A stretch of 64,000 nucleotides of DNA from Eledone cirrhosa (taxonomy: Eukaryota). The stretch is from contig OZ024742.1 of NCBI GenBank assembly GCA_964016885.1, forward strand, positions 27,466,001 through 27,530,000. The letters are read 5' to 3'. Both the position numbers and the translations under genes were made by a program. Shown here piece after piece: positions 1 to 11,035 of this stretch (the first letter of the stretch is position 1; each line of letters starts with the position of its first letter). A model generated the notes under the pieces. That model saw only the letters and a program-made list of their open reading frames with translations, ran no database searches and had not been told where the DNA came from.

Positions 1-71
1 AGCAGGTGACCCTGCTTCCATGACGACCCCAAGCCACGCGCATTTATGCTGCCTATTCTGAGTGAGGTCAT
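1..71 (-). CDS. Start of LINE ORF2 (apurinic-like endonuclease N-terminus), continues beyond window start
   Basis: Reverse complement from 71 reads MTSLRIGSINARGLGSSWKQGHL, matching the APE domain I motif (I.S.N.RGL) of L1/Tx1 ORF2. Not in the ORF track because it is truncated by the window. Confidence 0.8.
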   Translation of the reverse strand, partial: MTSLRIGSINARGLGSSWKQGHL

Positions 72-106
72 GTTTAAAATAGAGTGGAAAAGATGGGAAA
101 GACCAC

Positions 107-2203
107 TTACCGTACTTTTGGTAGAGGAGGGATGGTTTTTACATCCCTTTTCACTTGATCGTCTGGTGAAGGGACCGTTGAATCGTCCCTTCGGCTGGTC
201 GTCGGCTCTTCTAAGAGAATGTCTGAGTATACTCTTCGATTGATGGTTCCTCCTAGGTCCCTGAAATCACCAACTGCGTTGGGGAATTTCGTTTTAATAT
301 TTGTGTATTGTTTCTGTGCTATTTTTAGCAGTCTTATGTTAGTTGGCGTTTTGATTGGTGCTGGTATTATGTAGTCCTGTTGTGAAATGTCTGTGTGTTC
401 AATTATGTAAGTCATTAGTTTCTTGTTGTGTGTATTTATTGCCGTGCATTTGTTTTTCTGGGGGTGGGGTGTGGTTCTGCTATTTTCTTGTCGTTGTTGC
501 TGGGTGTGTGTGTTTTGTTGTTGTGTTTGCGATGTTGGTGCTTGTGGTGGTGGTGTTGAAGGTGTTGTTGGCGGTGGGGTTGTCGCCGGTGGTGATGGTG
601 GCGCTAGTGTGGGTGGTGATGGTGTTGGTGTTGTTGCTGCTGTGGGTCTCTTTGCAGTAGACTTTACCCTTTTCTCATTTCTTTCCTCCCTTTTCAAAGG
701 CGACGATGCGCTGCTTCTGCGTTTGTACCTTCTTACGACCTTTTGCCATCTCTCTCCCACCTCACACTCCATGTCTGATTCTGTGAGGTCGGGGAGGGGT
801 ACCAACTCCACTCTTTCACTTGTTGTTGTTGGTGATGTTTGCACTGGAGTCTCTGTTGCAGTTGCATTTGGTATTGCTGTTGTTGTTGTTAGTATTTCCA
901 CTGCTGCTGCTGTTTTTGATTTCCGTGGAGTGGGTATGGGTGCCACGGGCCTATCGTTCCTGGTTGCCGCTTGTCCTGTTGCTGGTAGCCGTGGAGCCGG
1001 ATTCGGAAGGAGGGGGGTTTTCTCCTTTCTCAGGGTCTTCTCGTTGCAGAAGGCCCTGAGGTGAGTCTTCGATCCACAGCGAAAGCATTTCGGGCGTTTG
1101 CCCTCAACACTTATGGGCAGTTGAGTGCCGTTATCGAAGTCTATCACATCCGGGATAGCTTCGATGCACTCCTGGTTGGTTTGGATTAGCATCTCAATGG
1201 AGGAGCCGACCCAATCTTCTCTTACTTTTTTCTGTACTTGCAGTACAGTTGTTTTGTCCTCGATTCCGACGAGGACAGACGCGGCCAGCCAAGAAGGGGT
1301 CATTCCGGGGGGGACGTGGGTCAGTTTGACCCTCACAATTTTTTGCCCGCAGTAGGAGGGCACCAACACCATTTCCTCGCTCCTTAGGGTCACTACTGAT
1401 TGGGCCTTTGCCTCCTGGGGTGTGGCAAAAAGTACGTCTACGGTGGCGTATTTTTTGCCTCGGGTGATGTGCGTTTTCCTCTGCCACACAGACCCCAAGG
1501 CTTTTTGTATTTGGGCCTCTGTGGCTCTTTCCACCCTACGGGATTTTGTACTTACTGTACGGTACGTGACCGTACAGTGCTCTTGGGTTTCGAAAAAATT
1601 TTTCGCTGCCTTGCAGATTGCTCGGTGTCCGTTCTTTGTCACCATCTTCTTCGCTTCCTCTAATTCCTCATTTGTTATGAGGATTGTTTCCAAGTTTTTC
1701 GCAATACCTGCAAATGAGATTGGTTTTTCTCTGCTGTTGTTGTTGTCGTCAGAGCTGCTGGTACTTTTGTTGTTGCTGCAGGTACTACGACTACTGCCTC
1801 CGCCGCTGTTGCTGTGGTTGTTGTTGGTGTTGCTGCTGCTAATGCTGTTGTTGTTTATGCTGCTGGTGATGCTGTTGCGGCTGCTACTGTTGTTTTCATT
1901 GTCACTGTTGCTGTTGTTATTACGGCTGCTACTGCTATTATTCCTGACGTCAGACGAATGAACTGGGTTTTCGTATTTCCCGCACACCTGTTTCGTCGCT
2001 GTCGTCGTCGTCGTGGAGAAACCTTGCACGCTTTGCACGAGACTTTTCTTTTCTTTCGTCACTTGCGAAAGAGAAGGGAGGGAGAGAGACACATTTAAAG
2101 AAGGGAGGGAGAGAGACAATCTTCTCTCTGCTGTAGTGATGATTGAGGAAGAAGAAGACGGAATGAGTGGGAGTGACGTATGAAATTTCTTTTTCGTAGC
2201 CAT
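107..2203 (-). CDS. Non-LTR retrotransposon ORF1 (gag-like, CCHC zinc knuckle), L1/Tx1-like
   Basis: Uninterrupted ~700-codon ORF (first ATG at 2203, MATKKK) with a CX2CX4HX4C knuckle (CFRCGSKTHLRAFC), an S/N-rich N-terminal tract and a P/T-rich tract; followed 35 nt later by an APE-type ORF2 start. Confidence 0.85.
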   Translation of the reverse strand: MATKKKFHTSLPLIPSSSSSIITTAERRLSLSLPSLNVSLSLPSLSQVTKEKKSLVQSVQGFSTTTTTATKQVCGKYENPVHSSDVRNNSSSSRNNNSNSDNENNSSSRNSITSSINNNSISSSNTNNNHSNSGGGSSRSTCSNNKSTSSSDDNNNSREKPISFAGIAKNLETILITNEELEEAKKMVTKNGHRAICKAAKNFFETQEHCTVTYRTVSTKSRRVERATEAQIQKALGSVWQRKTHITRGKKYATVDVLFATPQEAKAQSVVTLRSEEMVLVPSYCGQKIVRVKLTHVPPGMTPSWLAASVLVGIEDKTTVLQVQKKVREDWVGSSIEMLIQTNQECIEAIPDVIDFDNGTQLPISVEGKRPKCFRCGSKTHLRAFCNEKTLRKEKTPLLPNPAPRLPATGQAATRNDRPVAPIPTPRKSKTAAAVEILTTTTAIPNATATETPVQTSPTTTSERVELVPLPDLTESDMECEVGERWQKVVRRYKRRSSASSPLKREERNEKRVKSTAKRPTAATTPTPSPPTLAPPSPPATTPPPTTPSTPPPQAPTSQTQQQNTHTQQQRQENSRTTPHPQKNKCTAINTHNKKLMTYIIEHTDISQQDYIIPAPIKTPTNIRLLKIAQKQYTNIKTKFPNAVGDFRDLGGTINRRVYSDILLEEPTTSRRDDSTVPSPDDQVKRDVKTIPPLPKVR

Positions 2204-2417
2204 GTTTTTTTTGTTTAAAATGAAATTTTGGGTACAAAACCCCAATAACTGGTTATTTAACCCCGAAGGGCCAAATAACGGACAGAAAGACCCCTCTCAC
2301 GAGGAGGAGGGTGTCTTTATCAACAATTTGGTTCAAGTTTTAAACAATTTACAATTGTTTTAACGGTTAAAAATTACTATACCTTACAGAGCCGAGCCTC
2401 CGTCAACCATGGCATTC

Positions 2418-2750
2418 AATAATAATAATAATAATGAAATTATTGTGTACAGTGCTCAGGTGCACTACAACTCATCAAAGGTGCATGTATAGTACATAGA
2501 ATAATATATAAATGTCAGGGAAGTGAATAGTGTATGAGTCTTGATATACATGTGTGCGTGTGTATGGAGTTGGAATATTAGGTGTAGTGTTGGCAAATCT
2601 CAGGAAGCATGGAGGTTTTAAAGGATGCTGTGTCTCGACAGCTAATAACTGATGGAGGTAGTTTGTTCCATGCTTCAGCATCTCTGAGCATGAAAAAATG
2701 TTTCCGAAAGTCATGGGAGCTGTGCTTTTTTCTGCCCTTGTTGGTATGCC
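2418..2750 (-). mobile_element. CR1/L2-type LINE 3' end with (ATT)n tail
   Basis: Minus strand encodes GHTNKGRKKHSSHDFRKHFFMLRDAEAWNKLPPSVI, the typical CR1/L2 RT C-terminus; near-identical copies at 28080-28430 and 63700-64000. Confidence 0.8.
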
Positions 2751-3104
2751 CACACTATGATGATCATCTGATCAATATGTAAGGTGTTACCAACATTTTC
2801 TGTGGTTTGGATGGCAGCAAACATCATCTGGGGTCTACGTATACTGGATAAATTTCTTATCTCAGAGTCGGAATTTATTTATCTAAATGGTTAAAATGGC
2901 GATGTGGAAAGCCCCTTTGAATCCAGAGCTGTAAACTGAATACATGTCACTTTGGACTTAACTAAAATACCAGTCATAACCAGATTTAGTATCATAATCC
3001 TAGAGTCATTTGAGATGTCTAGGGTCAATAGGAAGAAGTTGGGTGTATTTAACCTTTGCCTTGAATCTAAAATGAAAGTGCGTGTTAAGTGTTTTGCACC
3101 TACG

Positions 3105-3355
3105 ATCATAATGTCGTGGGTTTGATTGCTGGAATGGGTTGTGTGTTATGTTTCTGAACAAAACACTTCATTTCACGTTGCTCCTCAATACCTAGCTGAA
3201 AAGGAGTAGCAGCAATAGATGGCGGGGGGGGGGGTTAACCTTGTGATGGACTGATATCATGTTCAGCGGGGAGTCCTACACTCAATGGCTTCACGCCACG
3301 GTAACCGGAATAAGCACCTATTTGATGAGACTCTGGGATCGAGGCAGACCTTTTC
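3105..3355 (+). mobile_element. Degenerate SINE, V-domain-like
   Basis: Contains gatggactgatatcatgttcagcggggag...gcttcacgccacggtaaccggaataagc, resembling the V-SINE central domain as I recall it; not verified by alignment. Confidence 0.45.
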
Positions 3356-3504
3356 TCAGACTTAATATAAAAGTAAATGTCTCATAGGACGCAATCTTTA
3401 GCGTTTCTTTCGCAACACTATACAGCTTAAATTCTACTACAGTTGTAGTGGTGGTTGGGTTATTACATTCATAGCTGAACAGAATAAGTTACTGTAATAA
3501 CCGT

Positions 3505-3700
3505 GACTGATTAAGGCACAAGGCCAAACAATTTGGGGGAGGGGAAAGTCGATTAAATCGACCAAAGTGCGTTACTGGTACTTTATTTTATCGACCCAGT
3601 AAGGATGAAACGAAAAGCTAACCTCGGCGGGATTTGAACTCAGAATGTAAAGGACAACAACTTGATGCCAAAAAGCATGTTGTCTGACGCTCCACCAGCC
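3505..3700 (-). mobile_element. tRNA-derived SINE (major local family)
   Basis: Reverse complement of the family core gagttcaaatcccgccgaggtt-gcctttcatccttacggggtcgataaaataaagtaccagt, including a B-box-like GTTCAAATCC. Confidence 0.85.
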
Positions 3701-4099
3701 TATGTTACGGTAATAACGTAATTTGTTAGTGAATTGCGTTTTTCAACTGGTGAAGCTGAAGATATTCGGAGATGGACCACAGACAATTACGTGTTTGTCC
3801 CTGATAAAACTTCGTCTGACCGCGATATCAAGTTATGTTCATGGCAATATTTGGCTCTTCCATAAGTGTTTGGGGTTACCTCAAATATTTGTGGATAGAA
3901 ATACCAGCGTCACTTGTTATAGAACGCAATTGATGGAAGAGTGATTTTATGTTCCATGGGGTTTAGGGTTGCCTCAGGTATTTTTATATAAATACAAAAG
4001 CATCCTCATTGTAATGCGTAATTGAGGGAGATTGGGTGTATTTTTTCTAATTCAGTTCTATTGTCATTGTCCATATAATTTCGAAAAGGGATACATAAT

Positions 4100-4265
4100 A
4101 ATTGTTTCTACGTTTGGCTCAGTGCATTACTGGTACTTTATTTTATCGACTGCGTAAGGATGAAAGGCAAAGTTAACCTCGGCGGGATTTGAACTCAGAA
4201 TGGCAAGGGCCGTAACTCTATACGTCAAAGCATGGCGTCCGACCCTCTACCGATACTTCCAATCC
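4100..4265 (-). mobile_element. tRNA-derived SINE (major family)
   Basis: Same core as 5402-5619 in reverse orientation. Confidence 0.85.
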
Positions 4266-4851
4266 AATATTTTCTAATTTAGGTACAATACCAACAATTT
4301 TCTGTTCAAACCGGCTATAACCGGCTGCTCATACTTATGTCAAGGTATTGTTTCCAAAATAGATATCAAAATCTCATAGATTCGATATTATGTGAGATAA
4401 AGTGTTTACCATGAAAATACAATAGTATATATAGAGTAATGTAAATGCTAAAGGGTTAAACTATACAAAACATGAATAAGAGTGGTGTACGGTATACTGT
4501 ATGTATGTTAAAGTACAGCACTGGGAATACCTATTGGCAGTTTATAGGGGTCACTTCGACAATCGTCGTTTTTCAACTTAAGTTTTGACTTCTGAAACTA
4601 ATTAACGACGTAAGGTGAGGTATACCTGTATTTATATTTTCTGCTAGTGGTGATGGCCATGACATAATTTCAAACCATAGCTAGTATGATGTGTTTATTG
4701 TCTTAACAAAGCCTGCCCTATTAAACTACTGGATCCTATTTTATAGACAAGACCACATCACATATAAATACATCGTAAAATTATTTATTGCTTACATGTT
4801 CTTTTTTACAATGCCAATATATTCGAATGCATTCGTTGGTTTTATATCGAA

Positions 4852-5385
4852 TTAGCTGACATACCCAGCTTCGTTTGGGTAACCAGATGATCAGAGAAGA
4901 CAGGTAGAAAAGAAAACGACTGTATTGGGTGTTTGTCTGGTTTACAGTATGAGGCTAGACTGTGGTGTGTGTGACAAAAAAAAAAAAGTAAAAACTTTTC
5001 CAGATCCAACAAATTCTTCGTTTTACCGTTCGTGCATAGTATATAAAGATTGCTAGATGTTCCACTCATGAACAACCTACATATAACTTCCCATGAGTAA
5101 AAAGCAATTATCTTGTATTCAATCTTACAACTTTGAAACTCTGAGCCTGAACTTTATTTATGGTCATAGCCAAACTGGATCTAACAAGGTATTGAAGTCT
5201 TGATAATTTGAATGGCAGCTCGGTAGAAGGGAATAAATGCATTTTCTCCTTGATGATTGCCTCCAAGAATAGTGACCTCTAGGAGATGGTTCATCTTCCG
5301 CTTGACTGTAAATCGTGTGCCATCACATAGACGTGGCTGATACAGGTTTCTCAAAAGGATGATGAAGGTTCCAATCTTTTACATT
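4852..5385 (-). mobile_element. Helitron 3' remnant (Pif1-type helicase C-terminus pseudogene plus terminal hairpin)
   Basis: Minus-strand translation gives IILLRNLYQPRLCDGTRF...LEVTILGGNHQGENAFIP and LAMTINKVQAQSFKVV...FTHGKLYVGCS (RepHel helicase motifs, with stops and frameshifts); ends in acccaaacgaagctgggt-atgtcag-CTAA, a degenerate hairpin plus CTRR terminus. Confidence 0.75.
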
Positions 5386-5401
5386 ATTTATAGATATAGA
5401 G

Positions 5402-5619
5402 AGGGCGGTGGATTAGCAGTATCGGTAGAGAGTTGAATACCATGTTTTGCAGCATAGTTACAGTTCTTTACGGTCTGAGTTCAAATCCCGCCGAGGTTAA
5501 CTTTGCTTTTCATCCTTACGGGGTCGATAAAATAAAGCACCAGTAACGTACTGGGGGTCGATTTAATCGACTTTCTCTTCCCCCAAATTACTGGCCTTGT
5601 GCCTATAATAGAAATCATA
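5402..5619 (+). mobile_element. tRNA-derived SINE, full length with target-site duplication
   Basis: A-box-like tagcagtatcgg, B-box-like gagttcaaatcc; flanked by direct repeat atttatagatataga (5386-5400 and 5620-5634). Confidence 0.9.
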
Positions 5620-5989
5620 ATTTATAGATATAGAAAATTATATATAGATAAATAGATATTGATAATTATATATAAATGTGTGTGCGTGGGCAAGTATGTG
5701 TAAATCAGCGTTCGAATCGGAGACGCTGGCCGTGAAATACGATCATCACGGACAGCAAACGCATAGTGAGAATCCCTAAAGGTTGATTCCCAACCTGCTA
5801 GAAATAGCAGTCAGGTTGGTTAGCATACCCGGGATATTTTCCTTCTATGATTTTATAAAATTAGTATCAATAAACCACCCTGGGTATACAACTTATTCCA
5901 TTGCTGTACTTACTCTTCGATTGTCAGTTTTTGTTTGATGCGAGAAGGAACCAACCAACCAGCCAACATCTCTCTTTTATATTATGTAT

Positions 5990-6975
5990 AGATAACATAA
6001 GTTACATATATTAAGAGAAGAAAGTAAGTTACATGTAGTGAGAAAAGAAGAGAGTAAGTTACCAATATTGAGAGAGGGGTGAGAGAATATGTTACATATT
6101 GTGAGAGTGGGAGGAGTAAGTTATATTTATTGAGAGATAGATTATGTATATTGAGAGAAAGGGGGAGGGTTAGTTAGATATATTGAGAGAGGGGGTAGAT
6201 AGTTAGATATATATAGAACGAGGGGGAGAAATTATTATATATATATTGAGAGGCGGGAGAGAATAAGTTACATATATTGAGAGAGAGGGGTCGAGAGTAA
6301 AGTAGATATATTGAGAGAGGGGGAAGAGGGGAAGAGAATTAATTATATACATTGAAAGAGGGAGAAAGTAAAGGGTAAGTTAGATATATTGAGAGAGGGG
6401 AGAGAAATGATTACGTATATTGAAAGAGGGGGATAGAATAAATTATATATAGTAAGAGAGTAAATAATGTATATTGGCAGAGGGGGAGAGAGTAAGTTGG
6501 ATATAAATAGAGAGAGAGAGGAGGAAGAGTGTGTTATGTATATTGAGAGGGGGGAAAGTAAGTTGTGTACATTGAGAGAGGGGAAGAGAGTAAGTTATAA
6601 TGAATGAGAGGAGAGAGTAAATTATATATATTGAAAGAGAGAGGAGAGTAAGTTAGATGTATTGAGTTGGGGGGAAGAGAGTATTAATTACATATATTGA
6701 AAGAGGGGGAAGAGGGTCTATGTATGTGACGTGCTCGTTTACTCCTCTCTCACTATATGTAATTCACACTCTTACCCCTCTCTCACTATATGTAATTCGC
6801 TCTCTTCTTCGTCTCTCACTATATGTAACTTGCTCTTACCCCTCTCTCACTATATGTAATTCACACTCTTGCCCCTCTCTCACTATATGTAATTCACACT
6901 CTTACCCCTCTCTCACTATATGTAATTCGCTCTCTTCTTCCTCTCTCAATATATGTAACTTGCTCTCTTACCACT
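5990..6975. repeat. Degenerate ~33-36 bp GA-rich minisatellite with strand switch
   Basis: Units like gagagtaagttacatatattgagagagggg on + (5990-6715), then the reverse-complement unit ctctctcactatatgtaatt...ctcttacc (6720-6975). Confidence 0.8.
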
Positions 6976-6984
6976 ATACATATA

Positions 6985-7330
6985 TAGGGGTAAGAGAGCA
7001 AGTACTCTCCAAGTACCGGTCGCTCTCCGACAGGTTCGCAGTCGTACCCTTGGCAGTAGAGACTTCTTGTGTCCTTGGCCCTAGGGCTACCTCCCTATTC
7101 ACCACTGTAGGCGCTGAGCTAGCCAGCCGCAGGTGTGAGCCTCGCGAGTTGGAATAGCTCTTCCAGCGCATCTCCCTTACCATCCCCCGGGGAAACGCTT
7201 ACTACATCCTGTCCGCCGGGGCTGTGGGGAGGCCAGCACGTGGGACCCCATTTGCTCACCATACGGATTAATAGGCAAAGTTATAAACTATTGTAAATAA
7301 ACCTATTTAATTGTTATATATAAAAAAAAA
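6985..7330 (+). mobile_element. CRE-clade-like non-LTR element 3' fragment (RLE C-terminus plus A-rich tail)
   Basis: Encodes KYRSLSDRFAVVPLAVETSCVLGPRA...ELE*LFQRISLTIPRGNA, the F.P.AVET.G..G...QR.S..I.RGNA motif of CRE/MoTeR-like RLE elements; poly(A) at 7322-7331. Confidence 0.75.
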
Positions 7331-8257
7331 ATTATGTTAGTAATGTATTCAGATTTGTATAAATAATATTACGAATTTTACATAACTTAATATTAAAATA
7401 AAGCACATTATTAAAGGAAATATAACATTTAACAAAAAACCTGCTAGAAATAGCAGTCAGCTTGGTTAACATACCCGGGATATTTTTCTTCATTGAGTTT
7501 ATAAAATTGGTTTTGTGCCTAAACCTCAAACAATAATTATAATTATTATTATTTGGATTGACAATGAGCATTGGATTTAAGTGTTACACGGTTTTTTAGA
7601 TTCAAATACCGCCGAGATCAAATCTTCTGGAGTCGATAAAATAAAATACCAGTGAAACACTGAGGTCAGTATAATCACCCCTATCAAAATAAAACATTGA
7701 GGGCTTTGTATCTGTATTGGCTGAATCGAAAAAAATGTTTTACTGTACTTAATCATGGGAGAAATATTTCACCCTTCCATCCGGGGTTGATATATTCTAC
7801 AATTTCTGGTATTTTGTGTACGATAGATACAGTTGTGAGAATCGTTAGAGCGTCAAACAGAATGTTTTACAACGGTTGGTTACGTTTAGATTAGTTCAAA
7901 GTTTATATTCCACAAAGATCAACTTTCCTTGTCATACTTCCATGGTCGATAAAATAAAGTACCAGACTATTTATTTATTTAATCAATTTAAACGTCCGTG
8001 TAGAGCTCGTAAGCCGTGACAGACTGAGGGGGTGTCTAATACACCTTAGTGTTAAAGAACAAAAACAGGATAGACAGATTTTAAATAAAAACGCACTCGG
8101 AAAGCAAAAGAATTATAAATAAGATTTCATTAAGTGAAAAACAAAAAACCAAGGGCATTATATGTGTATGTTCCCGTAACTCCTGAGAGATTCGTAGGGG
8201 CACCGTATTGATATACGGCGTTTCTAGCGCATTTTAAAACCAGGCAGCCCAATCTAC

Positions 8258-8405
8258 CCCAGTACTAGACTGGTACATTTTTTTATCGACATAGAATGGA
8301 TGAAAGCCAAAGTTGACCTCGGCGCAATTTGAACTTATAGAGTAGAGAGTCAAAACAAACACCACAAAGTACATTAACCCGACATTCTTATGATTCTGCC
8401 AATTC
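8258..8405 (-). mobile_element. tRNA-derived SINE (diverged)
   Basis: ctggtac-ttttatcgac-ggatgaaagccaaagttgacctcggcgcaatttgaact core. Confidence 0.75.
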
Positions 8406-8915
8406 GAGCAGCTATTCTGCCAATTCGAGCAGCTATTCTACCAATTCGAGCAGCTATTCTGCCAATTCGAGCAGCTATTCTGCCAATTCGAGCAACTATT
8501 CTGCCAATATGAGAAACTATTCTGCCAATATGAGCAACTATTCTGCCAATATGAGCAATTATTCTGCCAATATGAGCAGCTATTCTGTCAATTCGAGCAG
8601 ATATTCTGCCAATTCGAGCAGCTATTCTACCAATTCGAGCAGCTATTCTACCAATTCGAGCAGCTATTCTGCCAATTCGAGCAACTATTCTGCCAATATG
8701 AGCAACTATTCTGCCAATATGAGCAACTATTCTGCCAATATGAGCAATTATTCTGCCAATATGAGCAGCTATTCTGCCAATTCGAGCAGCTATTCTGCCA
8801 ATTCGAGCAACTATTCTGCCAATATGAGCAACTATTCTGCCAATATGAGAAACTATTCTGCCAATATGAGCAATTATTCTGCCAATATGAGCAGCTATTC
8901 TGCAAATATGAGCAA
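8394..8915. repeat. 21-bp minisatellite, ~24 copies
   Basis: Unit ctattctgccaat(tc/at)gagca(g/a); explains the NYSANMS repeat ORF at 8509-8979. Confidence 0.95.
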
Positions 8916-9029
8916 CATTAAAGCTTATAAAGATTTTGCTGTTGAATCTTTTCGTAGACTAGTAATGAGGTCGATTTAATCAACTATGCACTTGACCTGA
9001 ATTTGCTGGACTTGTGCCTAAAATAGAAA

Positions 9030-9300
9030 GGTGGTGGTGGGTGGGCAGTATTGGTAGATCGTTGGACAAAGGTTTTGAAGTAACTTGTAACGACTTTCTA
9101 CGTTTCTGAATTCAAATCCCGCCGAGGTCAACTTTACCTTTCATCCTCGCGAGATCAAGTAAGGTACCTTATAAATGATGTGAAGGTCCGGGACTTAGCA
9201 GTTAGAGAGTTGGAATCGCAATCGTGGTGTTGCAAGTTCGATTTCCGGACCGGGGAATGCGTTATGTCCTTGAACAAGGCACTTCATTTCAAGTTGCTTT
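9030..9300 (+). mobile_element. Two adjacent SINE fragments (major family head/core, then a second tRNA-like head)
   Basis: 9030-9170 has ttcaaatcccgccgaggtcaactttacctttcatcc; 9183-9300 has ttagcagttagag...gttcgatttcc...gtccttgaacaaggcacttcatttc. Confidence 0.65.
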
Positions 9301-9519
9301 TCTGTCAGGAATTAAGACCTTTAGATAGTATCAGCAATGAATGAGTAATGGAAACAGTTTCTTTTGTCCGATTTGATGAGTTCCACCTCAACAGGAATGA
9401 ATTCTGAGGTCTTGTCGATTGTTTTCTATCCATAAATACTGAGGTTGATTTAATCAACTTTCCTATTCTTCCTAAAAATATTAATCTGTTTCATTTAGAA
9501 ACCAGTATTTCTGGGTACA

Positions 9520-9708
9520 GAGTGGTGGATGGGCAGTATCGGTAGAGCGCCGGACAATATGCTTTGCAGTATATATTTACGAAATTAGCTTTTGCCTTTC
9601 ATCCTTGCGTGGTCGATAAAATAAAGTACCAGTAATGCACTGGGGTCGATTTAATCGACTTTGCTCTCCCCAAAAATTGTTGGCCTTATACCTATATCAG
9701 AAACCATT
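9520..9708 (+). mobile_element. tRNA-derived SINE (major family, internally deleted)
   Basis: Head gtggtggatgggcagtatcggtagagc, core gcctttcatcc...gtcgataaaataaagtaccagt, tail gaaaccattg. Confidence 0.8.
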
Positions 9709-9784
9709 GTTACTGCTGGCGTTGTTTCTGATTGTATAAATGTAATGTGAAGTGTGCGTGTGTGTCATTAACTGAACAAGTAAG

Positions 9785-9970
9785 AGTGTATTTCTGCAAT
9801 GCCGTCGAGATCTTTGGGGGATCATTGGACTCCGAATAGTCGTTTTCCTCAGCAGAATCTGAAGGAAGACATCCCACCCGAGGGAGGAGCTCTATGATGT
9901 AGAGTGGCTGATACAGCGTGTGTCACTGGTTGTGTGTATCGTGGCAATGCCTTACCCCATTTTGTCCGCG
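9785..9970 (+). mobile_element. Diverged CRE-like RLE 3' fragment
   Basis: Translates AVEIFGGSLD...EWLIQRVSLV...RGNA, same motif as 6985-7330. Confidence 0.55.
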
Positions 9971-10057
9971 AGGCACAGCTGAGATATACTGCCTAGATCA
10001 GCCATGGCTAAACTGCGGCCTCGAGCCATATACGGCCTGTTTGTCTTTTTGAATGGT

Positions 10058-10312
10058 AAGCAGACTTCCGGCATCCTTGGCCCTAGGACCACCTCCCTAT
10101 TTACCACCATCGACACAGAGCTGGCTACCCGCAAATGTGAACCAAGAGTTGGCTACCCGCAAATGTGAACCTCGCGAGTTGGAATGGCCTTTCCAGCGCG
10201 TCTCCCTCATCATCCTCCGGGGAAACGCTTTCTCTGTTCTGTCCGCCGGGGCCGTGGGGTGGCCAGTTCGCCCGGCAGCGCGTGGGCCTCCATTTGCTTA
10301 TAATATTGAGAA
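10058..10312 (+). mobile_element. CRE-like RLE 3' fragment with a small internal duplication
   Basis: TSGILGPRTTSLFTT...ELATRKCEPRELEWPFQRVSLIILRGNAFS; the gag(c/t)tggctacccgcaaatgtgaacc segment occurs twice. Confidence 0.75.
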
Positions 10313-10852
10313 GCGGAGGCAGTGATAGTGGGCGTCTGGTTTCTTTGTGTTTGAACCTGGTGTATATGCATATATTTATTTACCTACGCAATATATTGCA
10401 CCTCCAATCTTGGTAGTTTTTTAATGACCAGCTTAAAGATATCCTCTCTATTTAAAAATTGCCTTTAATTTTTTAGTAGTTCAGCCCACCTCATGATGTT
10501 CCACATCCTTTGCGGCCCACTGCTCGAAAAGGGGGTTGCCCGCGCCTAGTCTTGACTATGGTGTAGTGCCTGTCGTTCGCTCCCTCGTGTTTTCTTTCAC
10601 TTGCGATATTTAATGTTCTATTTCTTCTTCCTCGTTTTATTTAACAGAAATATTAACAAGGGAAATAACTATTTAATTGCTTTACAGAGTTGTCTCCCAA
10701 AACAGTGGTACGAAAAGTCTTATTAGTTTCACGTTTTATATGGAAAAGGGGAAAGATCTACGTGTCGGGCTTTAGCCCTTCTTCGGGAGTACAAAAAATA
10801 GAGACAGTATAACAAAGGATAGATACAGAAAATAAAAGGTAGTCTGAAGATA

Positions 10853-11035
10853 ATTGTTTCTACTTTAGGCTCAAGGCCAGCAATTAACCAGTACATTACT
10901 GGTACTTTATTTTATCGACCCCGTAAGGATGAAAGGTAAAGTTAACCTCGACGGGATTTGAACTCAGACCGTAAAGGAACGTAACTATGCTAGAAAGCAT
11001 GGCGTCCAACCCTCTACCGATACTGCCAATTCACC
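10853..11035 (-). mobile_element. tRNA-derived SINE (major family)
   Basis: Near-exact reverse complement of 56077-56260. Confidence 0.9.

Larger units (their letters stand above)
1..2417 (-). mobile_element. 5' portion of a young L1/Tx1-clade LINE (5'UTR, ORF1, ORF2 start)
   Basis: Two-ORF layout; GC content higher than surroundings; the 5' boundary abuts an (AAT)n run at 2418. Confidence 0.8.

Noticed and set aside
355-2098. Plus-strand hydrophobic ORFs (V/L-rich)
   Set aside because: Antisense shadows of the low-complexity tracts of ORF1.
8394-8979. CRISPR-like array or repeat protein (NYSANMS)n
   Set aside because: Contiguous 21-bp units with no unique spacers and no cas genes; eukaryotic minisatellite.
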